DNA from: Firmicutes bacterium UBA2598
GTDB taxonomy: Bacteria; Bacillota; PH28-bin88
Assembly: GCA_002339345.1 (NCBI GenBank)
Contig: DDKM01000069.1
Span: 21,973 to 85,972 of the forward strand
Direction: 5' to 3'
Length of the DNA stretch: 64,000 nt
The position numbers and the translations under genes were made by a program. Of the stretch, positions 27,467 to 37,160 are shown one piece after another. Each line of letters opens with the position of its first letter. The stretch's first letter is position 1. Below the pieces are notes generated by a model. It did no database searches. It was not told where the DNA came from and was given only the letters and a program-made list of their open reading frames with translations.

Positions 27467-28090
27467 ATGCACAAACGAGTCCGCACCTTGATCACCGGCA
27501 CCCTGCTTGCTTCCGCACTGGTTGTCATGACCTGGTTACCCGCCGGGGCTTACATTCCCCGGTGGCCGGAACCATCCTGGTTTGCCCAGTTCGGCCAAAC
27601 TACTCCTGCTCCCGCCCCCGCACCGGGACAAGCTCCGGAGGTAAACCAGCCAGTTCCTGTATCGGCCCCCCAGCCCGCCCCTGCTCCTCACCCGGCGACA
27701 GTTCAGGTCACGGCTGACGAACAAAAGGTCCTGGATCTCATCAACCGGGAACGGGCCAAGGCCGGGCTGCCTGCCCTGGAAATGGATACCCGCTTGGTGT
27801 TCCTCGCCCGCCAGAAAAGCCAAGATATGGTGGACAACAAGTATTTTGGCCACAACTCACCCACATACGGTAGCGCTTATGACATGATGCGGGCGGCAGG
27901 CCTCAAGTACCGTTATGCAGCGGAAAACCTGGCCCGCCACAGCAATGTTACATATGCCCACATGTTGTTGATGGAAAGCAGCACCCACCGGTCTAAGATC
28001 TTGAGCACTCACTACAGCCAGGTAGGTATTGGGATCGTCCGGACACGCACTGGGGGAATTATGATGACCCAGATGTTTATTGGACAGTAG
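27467..28090 (+). CDS. Secreted CAP/SCP-domain protein (YkwD-like)
   Basis: I prefer the ATG at 27467 (AAGGGAGG RBS). It has a signal peptide (MHKRVRTLITGTLLASALVVMTW), a Pro/Ala-rich linker, and a CAP domain (LINRERAKAGLPAL...YFGHNSPTYGS...AENLA...GIGIV). Confidence 0.85.
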   Translation: MHKRVRTLITGTLLASALVVMTWLPAGAYIPRWPEPSWFAQFGQTTPAPAPAPGQAPEVNQPVPVSAPQPAPAPHPATVQVTADEQKVLDLINRERAKAGLPALEMDTRLVFLARQKSQDMVDNKYFGHNSPTYGSAYDMMRAAGLKYRYAAENLARHSNVTYAHMLLMESSTHRSKILSTHYSQVGIGIVRTRTGGIMMTQMFIGQ

Positions 28091-28209
28091 TGCCAAACTC
28101 AGGCGGATCCATGGGTTAACACCGCAGGGAGTCCTCAGTAACTACCTGACACAGGTAAACATAAAATGCCAGTAACACAAGGCCCCAGGCCAAAGGAGGC
28201 TGTGCTCCC

Positions 28210-28794
28210 GTGCTCACCTATGAAATCCGCCAGGGTGACACCCTTTTTCTGGTGGCTCAGCGTTTTGGCATTACCGTCCAGGACATCCTCCTGTACAACC
28301 AGATTCCCAACCCGGACCGCATTGACGTGGGACTGGTCATTCGCCTGCCGGTGGATATCCTGCCCCCCACCGTTCCCTCGCCCCTGCCGGTGCGGAATAT
28401 CGCCTCCCGCTGTGCCGATGGAATGCTGCTCACACTGCTGGTTGATCGGATGTTTTACCTGCGGAACCAGCCGGTGGGTTTGACCCTGGTGAAAACGAAC
28501 ATCTCCGGCCGTCCCATCACCCTCAATTACCTCTCCTCCCAGCGGTACGATTTCATTATCTACCAGGATGGGCTGGAGGTATGGCGCTGGTCAGCCGGGC
28601 AGGTCTTTCTGCCGGTACTGCAGCAGGTAACCCTGGCCCCTGGCCAATCCCAGGTGTTTTCCGCCGTCTGGAACCAAGCAACTCCAGCGGGATTGCCGGT
28701 TCCGCCTGGGGTGTACCGGGCGGTAGCCATCAATACCGCCAGTGAACTCCGTGACCAGCCGGTTTCCACCCGCTTCCGCATTGCTGCACTATAG
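28210..28794 (+). CDS. LysM domain protein with C-terminal BsuPI-like (intracellular proteinase inhibitor) domain
   Basis: 194 aa with a GTG start and AAAGGAGG RBS. The N-terminal LysM is YEIRQGDTLFLVAQRFGITVQDILLYNQI. The C-terminal QRYDFIIYQDGLEVWRWS...LAPGQSQVFSAVW resembles BsuPI. Confidence 0.8.
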   Translation: MLTYEIRQGDTLFLVAQRFGITVQDILLYNQIPNPDRIDVGLVIRLPVDILPPTVPSPLPVRNIASRCADGMLLTLLVDRMFYLRNQPVGLTLVKTNISGRPITLNYLSSQRYDFIIYQDGLEVWRWSAGQVFLPVLQQVTLAPGQSQVFSAVWNQATPAGLPVPPGVYRAVAINTASELRDQPVSTRFRIAAL

Positions 28795-28850
28795 TGGCCA
28801 GGCAAATGCCTGTGGCGGTCGCGGCGGCATCCTAAGCAGACCCTAATGTT

Positions 28851-28884
28851 AAACGGTGGCCACTCGGGAGGCCACCGTTTTTTG
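28851..28884 (+). terminator. Intrinsic terminator (between convergent LysM gene and cstA)
   Basis: Perfect 11-bp stem AAACGGTGGCC/GGCCACCGTTT with an 8-nt loop, followed by TTTTTT. Confidence 0.85.
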
Positions 28885-28903
28885 TAATGTTGTTTTTCTC
28901 AGG

Positions 28904-30652
28904 TTACGCCCCGACTGACGTGCGGTTGGCCTGGCTTATGGCCAGCAGTTTGCGCCCGGCCAGGATGATCACCGCTACCGCCAGAACAATGAGCACTATA
29001 TCGGAGATGATGAGGGGAATGTTCTTGGCCGGCAGATACCTGGTTACCAGCAACTTGTACAGAGCAAAGAGGGTGGTGGCCATCATAAACAGCGCCGGAA
29101 TGAGGGTGAACCAGGTGGGCTTCTTCCGGGCGGCCAGCCACACGGTTACGGCAATCAAGGCCAGGGCGGCCAGGAGTTGGTTAGCGGAACCGAAGATGGG
29201 CCAGATCATCCGGAATGTGTTGGTATAACCAAGGTAAAACATTACCGCCACCGATATGCCGGCGTTGAAGTAATAGGACTTGAGCACAGCGTTGGGCTTC
29301 TTGAACAGCAGGCCCCACAGTTCCTCAAAGAGGTACCGGTTCAGGCGGACAGCGGTATCCAGGGTGGTCACCACAAAGCCTTCCACCAACAGGATGCCGA
29401 AGACGGTACCCACTGCCATGGGAATGCCCAATCCTTTGTTCAGGAGGCCGCCCATCCCCAGGGCAAAGGCCAGGATGGGGTTGGACGCTCCCTTGGCCGG
29501 GTAAACGATGTCCACATAGGTACCAAAGGCCAGGCCGCCGGCTACCGCTGCGATCACCACCACCGCCAGGGTGGATTCCAGCAGCATGCCACCATAGCCG
29601 ACCTTGCGGGCGTCGCTCTCTTTGGCTATCTGTTTGGACACGGTGCCGCCTGCTACCAGGCTGTGGAAACCGGAAATGGCGCCACAGGCGATGGTGATAA
29701 ACAGGAAGGGCCAAATCAGCCCCATCTTGGCAGTCCCTTCGGCCACGTTCCAGGCCGGCGCCTCCAAGGTGACCCCGGTGAAACCGCCGGCCAGCACGCC
29801 AATCAGCAGAGCGCCGATGCCAAAGTAGAGGATGAAGGAGTTCATGAAATCCCGGGGCTGCAGGATGGCCCACACGGGAATACCGGCGGCGAAGAAGACG
29901 TAGACGGAGAGGATGATCATCCAGGTTTTAGGCTGCAGGGTAACAGGTGCCAAAACACCGATGAGGATGGACAGCAGGGCAACGGCCAGGGCCAGAAAAC
30001 CAGCAATCCTGGTATTAATGCCCCTGCGGTACATCAGGTAGCCCAGAATGGGCGCAAAGCCTGTCATCACGATCACCGAGGTTGATGCAATTCCGCCGAT
30101 CTTGGCGAACTCCACTCCGTCTTTAACCAGTGTTTTCAACACTGTGGTCCCGGGTTCCACCTTCATGACGGTAAGCGGCACCAGGGAGGTCAGGGCGGTG
30201 GCGGTCAGACCCAGGAACGCGGAGGTTACCAGAAAAATAACCGCCAGGGTGAACAGGATGAAAAGGATGAAACCAGCTCTACCCAGGGAGTTGTTGGCCA
30301 CTTCCGCCATGGATTTGCCCTTTTCCCGCAAACTGACGAACAGGGTAGTATAATCCTGGACCGCTCCGAAAAAGATGCCGCCCAGTACTACCCACATGTA
30401 GGCGGGCGCATACCCGTACATGAGCGCCGTTACAGGCCCGATAATGGGACCAGCGCCGGCAATGGAGGCAAAGTGGTGGGAAAATACCACTCCGAATTTG
30501 GTGGGAACATAGTCCACCCCATCTTTCAACTGGTTGGCGGGAGTGGGATTGTTGTCATTTTCCTCGAAAACTCCAGCAATGTAATGGCCATAAATCCGGT
30601 AAGCCAAAAAGAATAAAGGCAGGGCAACAACCAATAACACCAGAACGTTCAA
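28904..30652 (-). CDS. cstA: Carbon starvation protein CstA family transporter (peptide/pyruvate transporter type)
   Basis: 582 aa polytopic membrane protein with a TTG start and GAGAGGAGG RBS. The N-terminus (FLAYRIYGHYIAGVF...PTPA...DGVDYVPT...FGHHFASIAGAGPIIGP) is typical of CstA. Confidence 0.92.
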   Translation of the reverse strand: MNVLVLLVVALPLFFLAYRIYGHYIAGVFEENDNNPTPANQLKDGVDYVPTKFGVVFSHHFASIAGAGPIIGPVTALMYGYAPAYMWVVLGGIFFGAVQDYTTLFVSLREKGKSMAEVANNSLGRAGFILFILFTLAVIFLVTSAFLGLTATALTSLVPLTVMKVEPGTTVLKTLVKDGVEFAKIGGIASTSVIVMTGFAPILGYLMYRRGINTRIAGFLALAVALLSILIGVLAPVTLQPKTWMIILSVYVFFAAGIPVWAILQPRDFMNSFILYFGIGALLIGVLAGGFTGVTLEAPAWNVAEGTAKMGLIWPFLFITIACGAISGFHSLVAGGTVSKQIAKESDARKVGYGGMLLESTLAVVVIAAVAGGLAFGTYVDIVYPAKGASNPILAFALGMGGLLNKGLGIPMAVGTVFGILLVEGFVVTTLDTAVRLNRYLFEELWGLLFKKPNAVLKSYYFNAGISVAVMFYLGYTNTFRMIWPIFGSANQLLAALALIAVTVWLAARKKPTWFTLIPALFMMATTLFALYKLLVTRYLPAKNIPLIISDIVLIVLAVAVIILAGRKLLAISQANRTSVGA

Positions 30653-30746
30653 ACCTGTTCCTCCTCTCTACCTTGCTACTGCATAATGGGCCAGGCTATC
30701 CCCCATCCCTTCCCCCCTTATTGCCTGATAATATGCCCTATTATCC

Positions 30747-30836
30747 ATTATAGGTGAAAGGACAAAAGAAATACGGTTATGCCGACATCATGTCAGGATG
30801 GCCGTATAAAATGTTTGAAATATTGCATTAAATGTT
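30747..30836 (-). promoter_or_regulatory. Putative cstA promoter region with two 9-bp direct repeats (candidate LytTR sites)
   Basis: On the minus strand, AACATTTAA (30836..30828) and AACATTTTA (30815..30807) start exactly 21 bp apart. A TATAAT -10 lies at 30752..30747 with a poor -35. Confidence 0.35.
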
Positions 30837-31595
30837 CAGCATTTGGCGTAAATCCCTGACACACAGCCGGGAAACAGGTACCTGGGTTTTTTGTTGATCC
30901 GCCAGCACTAACTGGTAGGCCCCATTAAACCAGGGATGTATTTCTTTAACCCAGTCCAGGTTTACCAGGTACCCCCTGTGGCAGCGGAAAAAGGGCGGTG
31001 AGGGCAGGCGGTCCTCCAGCTCATGCAGGGAGAGGGCAGTCCGGAAGCAGTCGTTTCCCGTTTTGATAAACACCGCCCGGCCTTCGGCATAGGCAACTGC
31101 CACCTCGGTGTGCTTAAAAAGGATCCACCGGCCGTCCCTGTCCACCGTAAGCCTGACCGGCTGAGGCGGCGCCACCCACACCCCATCCAACCTGGAAAGT
31201 AATTGATCGATGCGCTGCACCGCCCTTTCCTTCCGGTTCAAGTTGCGGACCAGGCGGTGGACGGTGCGGGCCAGGCGCTCGGCGGAAAAGGGTTTCAGAA
31301 GATAGTCGATGGCTTCCACCTCGAAGGCATCCACCGCATGCTGGTCATAGGCGGTGGCAAACACAATGAGGGGCGGTTCCGGTTGCCGCAGCAGTTCCCG
31401 GGCTACCTGTAGCCCACACCGCCCCGGCATCTGAATATCCAAAAATACCACATCGGGCAACAGCCGCCGGTATGCCTGCAGGGCCTGGTCCCCGGTAGCC
31501 GCCTCGCCGCACACCTGGATATTAGGGTAGTCCCGTAACAAGTAGATCAATTCATCCCGGGACAGAGCCTCATCATCAACCACCAGCACTTGCAA
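30828..31595 (-). CDS. LytTR-family response regulator (LytT/BtsR-like)
   Basis: I prefer the TTG at 31595 (GGAGG RBS), giving MQVLVVDDEALSRDEL (receiver domain). The C-terminal LytTR DNA-binding domain contains FFRCHRGYLVNLDWV. It overlaps the end of the upstream kinase gene. Confidence 0.88.
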   Translation of the reverse strand: MQVLVVDDEALSRDELIYLLRDYPNIQVCGEAATGDQALQAYRRLLPDVVFLDIQMPGRCGLQVARELLRQPEPPLIVFATAYDQHAVDAFEVEAIDYLLKPFSAERLARTVHRLVRNLNRKERAVQRIDQLLSRLDGVWVAPPQPVRLTVDRDGRWILFKHTEVAVAYAEGRAVFIKTGNDCFRTALSLHELEDRLPSPPFFRCHRGYLVNLDWVKEIHPWFNGAYQLVLADQQKTQVPVSRLCVRDLRQMLNI

Positions 31596-33339
31596 GCAGC
31601 GCACCTCCTTCCACAGGCACCACCACCCGCACCTCGGTTCCTTTACCGACGGCGCTAGATAACTGCAAACCATAGGAATGTCCGAACATGGTCACCAACC
31701 GCTGGTGAACGTTTTTCAGGCCGATAGCTTTGCCGATCCCATGGCAGCCATCAACCAGGCAACTGGCCAACCTGTCGGGGGCCATACCCAGGCCGTTATC
31801 CATAACCAGGATCACCACATGGTTACCTTCCCGGCGGGCGATTACACGTACCAGACCCGGTCTGTCCAAAGGCTGCAGTCCGTGTTTGATGGCATTTTCC
31901 ACCAGGGGCTGCAGTGTAAGGGGCGGCAGATGGGTGTTCAGGGTGTCTGTTTCCACCTCAAATTCCACCGTTAACTGGCTGCCAAACCTGGCCTTTTCGA
32001 TGGCCAGATAGGACTGGACATGTCCCAGTTCCCTGTCCAGGGTAACCATGTCCTGCAAGGAGGACTGCAGGTTCTGGCGGAAAAAGTCTCCCAGGTGGAT
32101 GATCAGTCGGCGTGCTGTTTCGGGATCCTGGCGGCACATGGATACAATTACATTAAGGGAATTAAAGAGGAAGTGGGGATTGACCTGGGCTTGTAGCGCC
32201 TTTATTTCGGCCTTGGCCAGCAGTTGGGCCTGGATCTCCAGCCGGGTCAGTTCCAACTGGGTGGAGAAGAGATGGGCCAGACCCTGGGCCATCTCCAGGT
32301 CTACCGCGTTGATGCGGTGCCGCCTGGCAAAATAAAGTTTGAGGGTTCCCACAGTGTCCTCTTCCCGCTTCAGGGGAACGACAATGGCGGAAGTCAGGGT
32401 GCACCCCTTGAACTGGCACCCAATGTCCTCCCGTTTGCTGGTCACCACCGGCTGCCCGGTAGCCAGCACCCTTTTGGTGGCCTCGGTATGAATGGTCGCA
32501 CCAGGCCGGTGATGGTCATCACCCAGGCCAATATGGGCAAGGATATGCTCCCGGTCGGTGAGGGCCACCGCCGCCACCTGGGTGGCCTGTTTGATAATCC
32601 GCGCTGCAGCCAGGGCGGAATCTTGATTCAACCCACGGCGCAGGTAGGGTAAGGTTTGATCGGCAATCTGCAGGGCCTTCTGGGCATGCACCGCACCTGC
32701 CCGCTGTTCCTCGGCCATCACACTCTGAAGAATAAGCACAAAAATGGTGATCCCGGCAGCGTTGGCCAGGATCATGGGCAGGCCAATCAACTGTACAAGT
32801 TCCCACGCCTTCTCGAATGGTTTAGCCATCAGCAAAATAATGCCCATTTGCAGTGTTTCGGCCAGGGCACCGGTCACAAAGGCAAGCCAGGCAGGGATGT
32901 GCACCCGGCCGAACCGCTGGCCCACCAGCCCAGCCAATAAACCCTCAATAATGGTGGATAGGCCACAGGACAGGGCGGTAAAGCCGCCCATGGTCATACG
33001 GTGCACCCCGGCAATCATCCCAGCGCCCAGGCCAACCGCCGGACCACCCAACAGGCCGGCAATAAAAACTCCCACCACCCGGGAATTGGCGATGGCCTGT
33101 TCCGGGGCAACCTGAAAGATGCCCAATTCCTTGACAAAGGTTTTGGCCTGTACCGGAATCCCGGTATAGGTACCCAAAATACCAAACAGGCCAAAAACCA
33201 CCATTAGGAACACCCGGTCACCGGCGGACATCTGGTCCCGGCCGATCATCTGCCGGAAAGCGCGGGACCGGGTTAAAACAAAGGCCACCGTCACGGTGAT
33301 GCCGGTTCTTTCAAGGAGCAACAACAACAGGCTGTACAT
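31576..33339 (-). CDS. LytS/BtsS-type sensor histidine kinase (5TM-LYT + GAF + His kinase/HATPase)
   Basis: 587 aa with N-terminal multi-TM segments and a GAF-like middle region. Contains LQAQVNPHFLFNSLN (the LytS-type H-box) and HATPase motifs (ENAIKHG, DNGLGM). Confidence 0.9.
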   Translation of the reverse strand: MYSLLLLLLERTGITVTVAFVLTRSRAFRQMIGRDQMSAGDRVFLMVVFGLFGILGTYTGIPVQAKTFVKELGIFQVAPEQAIANSRVVGVFIAGLLGGPAVGLGAGMIAGVHRMTMGGFTALSCGLSTIIEGLLAGLVGQRFGRVHIPAWLAFVTGALAETLQMGIILLMAKPFEKAWELVQLIGLPMILANAAGITIFVLILQSVMAEEQRAGAVHAQKALQIADQTLPYLRRGLNQDSALAAARIIKQATQVAAVALTDREHILAHIGLGDDHHRPGATIHTEATKRVLATGQPVVTSKREDIGCQFKGCTLTSAIVVPLKREEDTVGTLKLYFARRHRINAVDLEMAQGLAHLFSTQLELTRLEIQAQLLAKAEIKALQAQVNPHFLFNSLNVIVSMCRQDPETARRLIIHLGDFFRQNLQSSLQDMVTLDRELGHVQSYLAIEKARFGSQLTVEFEVETDTLNTHLPPLTLQPLVENAIKHGLQPLDRPGLVRVIARREGNHVVILVMDNGLGMAPDRLASCLVDGCHGIGKAIGLKNVHQRLVTMFGHSYGLQLSSAVGKGTEVRVVVPVEGGALLASAGG

Positions 33340-33342
33340 TTC

Positions 33343-34119
33343 CTAGACCTCCCCGCCGGATGCCCTTCCCCGTTCCCTGTCCAGCAACTCCACCATTCGT
33401 GGCAAAATGTCCCCGGCATTGCCTCGCAGGACACAGGCAGCACGGTCATCCCAGGGAGTGGGATCCCTGTTGATGATGATCACCTGCCGGGCCAGTTCCG
33501 GCAGGAAAGCCACCGGATAAACCTGCAGGCTGCTGCCTACCACCAACAGCAGGTGACAGCCGCCCATGGCGGCCACCGCCCCCTGGTAATCCCGGCCCAT
33601 AGGGTCCTCGAATAAAACCACATCAGGTCTTAGCACTCCCCCGCAGCGGCCGCACAAGGGCGGGTTGATACCTCCCCGGAATTGCCTGGCCGCTTCCTCC
33701 ATGGGGTATGAGGCGGCACACCGCAGGCAGTGGCATGTCCGCAGGTGCCCGTGGACCTCCCACACCCGTCGGGAACCTGCCCTGCGGTGTAGACTATCCA
33801 CGTTCTGAGTGATCAGCCCGGCCAGGTATCCAAGTTCTTCCAAACGGGCCAGGGCATAGTGGGCGGGGTTGGGCTCCACATCCCGGTAGGACATCCACCG
33901 CTCCAGATTAGCCCGGTAAAAGGCGGCGGGATCCCGGTGTAGGGCGCTGGCACTTGATATCCGCATGGGATCAACCTGCTGCCACAGGCCGGTACCCGCA
34001 CTGCGATAATCGGGGATGCCGCTTTCGGTGCTAACTCCGGCACCGGTAAGGGCAAAGGTGCACGGCGACTGTGCCACCAGTTGGGCTGCCTGTTCCAACA
34101 GGTGCTGGATCTCCCCCAT
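33343..34119 (-). CDS. cobB: NAD-dependent protein deacylase (Sir2 family)
   Basis: I prefer the ATG at 34119 (GGGAGGAGGG RBS). Contains GAGVSTESGIPDYRS, QNVDSLH, Zn-ribbon cysteines (CxxC...CxxC) and VVGSSLQV. Confidence 0.88.
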   Translation of the reverse strand: MGEIQHLLEQAAQLVAQSPCTFALTGAGVSTESGIPDYRSAGTGLWQQVDPMRISSASALHRDPAAFYRANLERWMSYRDVEPNPAHYALARLEELGYLAGLITQNVDSLHRRAGSRRVWEVHGHLRTCHCLRCAASYPMEEAARQFRGGINPPLCGRCGGVLRPDVVLFEDPMGRDYQGAVAAMGGCHLLLVVGSSLQVYPVAFLPELARQVIIINRDPTPWDDRAACVLRGNAGDILPRMVELLDRERGRASGGEV

Positions 34120-34183
34120 TCTGCTGTCCCTCCTCCCACAAATGGCAATCCTATCGGGTAAATGGTAATTTAAAGTATATATA

Positions 34184-35374
34184 TTATTTCTTGTCATATC
34201 GTCCCTTTTCCTGCCGGAACCGGTTTGGGTCTAACCCGCCCGCCAGCTTGATCACAGGCTTGCCGTATTTTTCCCTTAGACGGTCCTGGACTTCTGCCAG
34301 TCTGGCCTGGTACACATGGTGGTGGGACTCCTCCCATAGGGCCATTTGGTAAAAACCCTTATCCACCAGGTTGGAAACCTGCACCCCCACCAGGCGCACT
34401 GGTTCCACCTGGTGAAATTTTTCGTACAGATCAAGGGCGGTATGGTAGATTTCCCGGTCACTGGCCAGCACCTGTGCAGGAGTAACGGACCTGGTGCGGG
34501 TGGTAAAATCACTGCTGCGCATCTTAACAGTAAGGGTACGTGCCGCTTTACCCAGCCGTCGCATCCGGTACCCCACTTCCTCACTCAACCAGAGCAGTAC
34601 CGGGGGGATGTCCCCGGGATGACTAATATCCAACGGAAAGGTGATCTCCTCCCCTACCGACTTCACCTGATGTTCCTGGACCAGGGGGCGGGAATCCTCA
34701 CCCACGGCAAAAAGAGCCAATTCACGGCCCCGGGAGCCAAAGTGCCCTTCCAACAAGGAAACCGGCAACATCTGCAGTTGACCCACTGTGACAATGCCCA
34801 TGGCCTGCAACCGTCCGGCTGTGGAAGGACCGACACCGGGCAAAACACAGACGGGCAAGCCAGCCAGCACCTTTCTTGCTCCTTCGGCGGGGATCCTGTA
34901 CAGACCATCGGGTTTACCCAGGTCACAGGCGATTTTTGCCAACAGCTTATTGTGGGAAATACCAACTGAAATAGCTAGCCCGACCTGCTGCCTGATTTGG
35001 TTTTTTAGCCGCTGGGCAACCTCCATCCCCTCTCCATCGCCCACCTGCAGATAGGCCTCATCCACCGATACCGGCTCCACCCAAGGGGTCTGCCGGTACA
35101 ACAAATGGAATACCTCCTCCGACACCCGCCGGTACTTATCCATATTCACAGGTAAAAAAACGGCGTGGGGGCAAAGGCGGGCAGCGGTGATGAGGGGCAT
35201 GGCTGACCGGACTCCAAAGGCTCTGGCCTCATAGGAGCAGGCAGAAACCACACCCCGCTGATTCGGCCGTCCCCCTACAATAACCGGTCGGCCGCGGTAG
35301 GAAGGCTCATCCCGTTGTTCCACCGAAGCGTAAAAAGCATCCAGGTCACATAAAAGGATGTCCCCCCTGGTCAA
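34184..35374 (-). CDS. dinB: DNA polymerase IV (Y-family)
   Basis: 396 aa with a TTG start. ILLCDLDAFYASVEQRD, SVDEAYL and the HNKLLAKIA motif are typical of DinB. Confidence 0.93.
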   Translation of the reverse strand: MTRGDILLCDLDAFYASVEQRDEPSYRGRPVIVGGRPNQRGVVSACSYEARAFGVRSAMPLITAARLCPHAVFLPVNMDKYRRVSEEVFHLLYRQTPWVEPVSVDEAYLQVGDGEGMEVAQRLKNQIRQQVGLAISVGISHNKLLAKIACDLGKPDGLYRIPAEGARKVLAGLPVCVLPGVGPSTAGRLQAMGIVTVGQLQMLPVSLLEGHFGSRGRELALFAVGEDSRPLVQEHQVKSVGEEITFPLDISHPGDIPPVLLWLSEEVGYRMRRLGKAARTLTVKMRSSDFTTRTRSVTPAQVLASDREIYHTALDLYEKFHQVEPVRLVGVQVSNLVDKGFYQMALWEESHHHVYQARLAEVQDRLREKYGKPVIKLAGGLDPNRFRQEKGRYDKK

Positions 35375-35397
35375 TTGAGGGCCCCCCTTTCCCTGCC

Positions 35398-36009
35398 TTA
35401 ACCCCTGGCAGACATCAAACCCAGAGGGTTCAAAATTTCCCGCATTTGTTGTGCATCACGCTGACGCACCCGGATGATTAATTCCACATCCGCCCCGTAT
35501 GTGCTGTCCACCACCTGGGCTTGGTAGCGGTTTACCAGGTACAACACCTGATTCACCACCGAATACTGGCAGTTAAAGTGGATTTCCACGGTAACCGTTT
35601 CCACCTTCACGCCCGCAAGCTGGATGGCATCGGCAGCCGCCCCTCCATAGGCTTCGATTAACCCCCGTATACCCAACTTGCGCCCGCCAAAATAGCGGGT
35701 AACCACCACCGCCACATTAGTCACACCTTTGCTGAAGATGGCCCCCAGGATAGGCTTTCCGGCAGTTCCCCGCGGCTCCCCGTCATCATCACAGTTGGAG
35801 ATTTCTCCGGTCCCCCACCCCACCCGAAAAGCCCAGCAATTATGGGTGGCCTGTTTATGTTGATCCGCTATCTCGGCAATAAACACCCGCGCTTCCTCCT
35901 CCCTTTGCACCGGCCGGACATGTGCCAGAAACTCCGATCGCTGGATCAGCGCGCGGGTGACAGCTGAGCCAGTCACTGTCCGGAACTGGTCTGACGCCAT
36001 TTGTTCCAA
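35398..36009 (-). CDS. yigZ: YigZ / IMPACT (UPF0029) family protein
   Basis: 203 aa with a TTG start and GGAAGGAGGGGG RBS. Contains KGSEFLAH-like RSEFLAHV..., ATHNCWAFRVG, DDGEPRGTAG and VVTRYFGG. Confidence 0.85.
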   Translation of the reverse strand: MEQMASDQFRTVTGSAVTRALIQRSEFLAHVRPVQREEEARVFIAEIADQHKQATHNCWAFRVGWGTGEISNCDDDGEPRGTAGKPILGAIFSKGVTNVAVVVTRYFGGRKLGIRGLIEAYGGAAADAIQLAGVKVETVTVEIHFNCQYSVVNQVLYLVNRYQAQVVDSTYGADVELIIRVRQRDAQQMREILNPLGLMSARG

Positions 36010-36218
36010 GATACCCCCTCCTTCCAGATGATCCGGTCAGGCCCTTGGCAGATTCAATCATATTCCTTTTTCCCTACCCCACGCAAGTTTTTGGAAAATT
36101 TTATGCAGACAACAGCAGGGAAAGGATAACCATCATCCGAAAAATATACATAAGAAAAGACAGCGGTGGCGGTCCGGGCTGTTTCGGATTATTTATGGGG
36201 ATGCGGGGGGAATTGGAA

Positions 36219-37154
36219 ATGACGGAAAAGAAGAACGGGAAGACGGGTAGTGGGAAAACCAAAAAACTACTGATCTGGTTGGTGGCAGGGGTATTACTGG
36301 TAGGGGTGTTAGCGGTTTTTGGCATATCTGGTTACGTGGGCTGGAACCTGACCCACCCTGCCCGGCAGCCGGTGGATCAAAATCCCGGACAGATGGGTTT
36401 GACGTACAGAGACATTACCTTCACCAGCAGGGAAGACGGGCTGGAACTGAAGGGATGGCTGATTCCGGCCGGTAATGACCGCCCTACTGTCATTGTGGCC
36501 CACGGTTACCGTAAAAACAGACTACAGGATGATGTGCCAGCATTGCCCGTGGCTGCTTGGCTGGCCGGGAAGGGTTATAATGTGCTGATGTTTGATTTCC
36601 GCAATTCCGGTGAATCCGCAGGGACAATGACTTCAGTGGGGCAGCACGAGGTACGGGATCTCCTGGGTGCCATTGACTTCATCCGGCAGCAGAACAGTCA
36701 GCAGGTGATCCTGCTGGGCTATTCCATGGGCGCGGTCACCTCCATTATGGCTGCCGCCCGCTCACCGGAAGTGGCGGCGGTAATAGCCGACAGTCCCTTT
36801 GCCGACCTGCGCCGCTATCTCAATGCCAACCTCTCTGTCTGGACCGATCTGCCATCCTTTCCCTTTAACCCCGCCTTCATGCTGGTAGTGCCGCCTTTAA
36901 CCGGTTTAAACCCCGATGCTGTCAGTCCAGTACGGGATATCCCCCTTTTGGGCAACCGGCCGGTACTTTTGATTCATGGAGATGCCGACCGGGATATCCC
37001 CTTGGCCAACTCGGAAGAACTGGCTGCAGCTTATGCCAATACCACCTTGGCGGTATTCCCCGGCGCTACCCATGTCAAGTCCTACGCTTCCGACCCTGCT
37101 GCCTACCTACAGGTATTAGCCGACTTTTTAGATGGTGTAACCGGTTCCCCCTAA
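36219..37154 (+). CDS. Membrane-anchored alpha/beta hydrolase (serine hydrolase)
   Basis: The ORF is open from 36045. I prefer the ATG at 36219 (MTEKKNGK... followed by a TM helix), but the start is uncertain. It has the nucleophile elbow GYSMG, HGYRKN (oxyanion region) and a late HG.AD...H. Confidence 0.75.
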   Translation: MTEKKNGKTGSGKTKKLLIWLVAGVLLVGVLAVFGISGYVGWNLTHPARQPVDQNPGQMGLTYRDITFTSREDGLELKGWLIPAGNDRPTVIVAHGYRKNRLQDDVPALPVAAWLAGKGYNVLMFDFRNSGESAGTMTSVGQHEVRDLLGAIDFIRQQNSQQVILLGYSMGAVTSIMAAARSPEVAAVIADSPFADLRRYLNANLSVWTDLPSFPFNPAFMLVVPPLTGLNPDAVSPVRDIPLLGNRPVLLIHGDADRDIPLANSEELAAAYANTTLAVFPGATHVKSYASDPAAYLQVLADFLDGVTGSP

Positions 37155-37160
37155 CCCATT

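Noticed and set aside
29177-30085. 302-aa plus-strand ORF antisense to cstA; likewise 45046..45864 (+), 53089..53907 (+), 63173..63940 (+), 8156..8719 (+) and 43024..43377 (+)
   Set aside because: All lie fully inside strongly supported minus-strand genes (cstA, addB, glcF-like, dsrO-like, cheA). They have low-complexity His/Gly/Pro/Gln-rich products and no RBS.
35375-36100. LexA (Cheo box, CGAAC-N4-GTTCG) operator upstream of yigZ-dinB
   Set aside because: Reading both strands of the region, I found no match to the Firmicute SOS box.
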